From the NCBI GenBank assembly GCA_039545335.1, contig BCIN01000004.1, positions 1,168,925 to 1,232,924 of the forward strand: 64,000 nucleotides of DNA. Direction: 5' to 3'. This DNA comes from Kondoa subrosea (taxonomy: Eukaryota). This document shows, in pieces, positions 63,301 through 64,000 of this stretch (position 1 is the first letter of the stretch; each line of letters opens with the position of its first letter). Under the pieces are notes generated by a model. The model had not been told where the DNA came from. It saw nothing but the letters and a program-made list of their open reading frames with translations, and searched no databases. The translations under genes and the position numbers were made by a program.

Positions 63301-64000
63301 GCGAAATTGGAAGAACCTTATACTTTCCTACCTTTTGGGGCTGCGCCTTCGTCTTTCGCTCAGTACACTGAGAAGTCCACCAATTCTTCCGCTGCAATCG
63401 ATACATGGATGCTGAAGCAACAGCTTCGACTCTCTGGCTATCTCTTGAGTTATTTGCACTCCTCGAGCCTTCTCAGTTTCGACGCAATTGGATCTGATGC
63501 TTGGTTTGAATCATACTCTTCAACCAACAAGTCGTTATCGTCGTCTTTACAGACCATCACGCCATTGTCGACTACTTTTCTCCGTCGATTTGCATTACAT
63601 CCAAATCCAACTGTCAAATTCATCGCTCTATTTGATCTTGAGCAGGTTCTAGTTGGCGTCTTAGCAAGTTCCGCTTCCTCTAGCAAGTCTCGTAAGGCAG
63701 AGAAACCCCCTGGCTATTTTAGAAAACTATCAATCAGTTTGAATCGTCGCACTACTACACTTGACGATTCTGGGCCAACCTCACCCACCAGACGAGGTCG
63801 TCACTCATCCCCAGGTGACAATGCAAGTACAATCACATCGGAACCGTCAGAGCTTCCGCTTCCACTCCCATCAGCTGGACTTCATCCTTTCCTCATACCA
63901 GCTCTGTCTACGCCGCCTTTACGAACATCAGATTCGTCGGAACCGCTCTCTACAGATGCTCTGCTGAATAATCTAGAACCCATCATCTTGAATGTACGAG
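60397..64000 (+). CDS. Large protein (>1200 codons, 3' end outside window), possible C-terminal VPS9-like domain
   Basis: Frame from ATG 60397 (MAASPAQLL...) has no stop where translated; it is absent from the ORF track, consistent with no stop before the window end. HPNPTVKFIAL...STDALL near the end. Confidence 0.75.
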   Translation, partial: MAASPAQLLVELQNILGRLPYLTQDEKRQKKLYIAQAYHVARLNQVASYLLPEQEAILKELAHKIDQVSDAVKDNKSKKVIMDGLLAEYQGHQTGITKLLEIWDSCFSFIQSHTLPIEACRQDYMSSISSKSAQSIQSFLSKLLSPSSLSTLTTSLIQKQGSELLSLPKRLRPFLIFLVESRNVQVCARFLEDMLGNVIEELEALELAEAHTARQRELESVIIGLMETAEGLKLNVDIKASATNIGLAPIKGTFHLGLEFEQVLLELLDEGRRLRAFYKAPFQPAEDDRSSRDSQEGNSFWQEAGFQIVGMTNTIISTPASLLASTFKHRSQQPSISSSGPPESKETKVKYDLLLTRSAVSLLQSLTPISGEQSISLPLYLIRRLLQSRFASDLRPTAHRRALLLLVVRYYGFSHLSYILSRLGSGDILDGVHISKMDSTDLILPLHRRAYMALIDATGFTAEGVENRFVKELLSDPSGSNSAAFVSNLRALRVASRAFLSSFLSPVESMNGVESDEETSFILAKNSILDFWHEFGSLISSNPLSPNISPPGSANAHFPKPHLSFKRSFSSDSAPPVDRRQYDTEEPDEQMNFVATELQGLWRNTESDFDLTVFFYSGNCISTTSSACHELPAENLANNQVALEDPFVPKHALVGSDRASQGSLISWGRNKAKTSISHIPSKPAGELKEPELALFRRTLTMALCYQHIAVKSEDDLSSLLSRLLISSQLRQEYTLASLLYQASETLSSFSQNRPHLLTEGSSAVVSAILKPLQLEEASIRKTLDRLSEAFAKLRAECHRLLPIARLSLTRMDNMRARIFFLQQIELVSSLSETASRIGNDTRTYEEQLIAHEQFSSWASANQVHEFIIPFSAAEAGQNESQYLEILQHVDRTASRMSEVESLANFYKRETPQLRQFARAFLREEKERPVSMSISPNPMTFIANSSQLVVDRFGQLLPKLSNTESIETDAKLEEPYTFLPFGAAPSSFAQYTEKSTNSSAAIDTWMLKQQLRLSGYLLSYLHSSSLLSFDAIGSDAWFESYSSTNKSLSSSLQTITPLSTTFLRRFALHPNPTVKFIALFDLEQVLVGVLASSASSSKSRKAEKPPGYFRKLSISLNRRTTTLDDSGPTSPTRRGRHSSPGDNASTITSEPSELPLPLPSAGLHPFLIPALSTPPLRTSDSSEPLSTDALLNNLEPIILNVR

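Noticed and set aside
1..64000. Many short ORF-track entries antisense to or overlapping real genes (e.g. 33507-34202, 12249-12857, 24230-24814)
   Set aside because: They are shadow frames, or read-through into introns and UTRs, with no independent motifs; the track ignores splicing.
1..64000. tRNA, rRNA or snoRNA genes
   Set aside because: No cloverleaf, rRNA-like or box C/D pattern was recognised by eye; a tRNAscan/Rfam scan would be needed to exclude them.

Overview
This is gene-dense, intron-rich fungal nuclear DNA. It is inferred to be a basidiomycete (possibly Pucciniomycotina) from the 45-65 nt introns, the degenerate GT donors and the DUF6534-, SLC41- and UXS1-type genes. About 27 spliced protein-coding genes were reconstructed by hand. 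Most are housekeeping: Whi3/Scw1-like RRM protein, KEX1, a TPP enzyme, Sec2-like GEF, SLC41, UXS1, eIF3j, PWP1, PRP21, VPS72, QRI7, a paxillin-like LIM protein, an LRR protein, LAMMER kinase, a PQ-loop transporter and a >1200-codon ORF running off the right end. Two regions look accessory. The first (13-29 kb) is rich in secreted/cell-surface genes: shared Cys modules, a Kex2-flanked cationic tail, tandem secreted esterases and a 5xWSC protein. The second (32-39 kb) lies between PWP1 and PRP21 and holds a P450 bracketed by a ~205 bp direct repeat, a frameshifted LHS1 fragment, an orphan gene and an atypical kinase. Splicing oddities include an apparent U2-type AT-AC intron in KEX1, GC-AG introns and 4- and 6-nt microexons. 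No RNA genes, transposases or CRISPR arrays were seen. Exon boundaries and family calls come from manual reading, not database searches.
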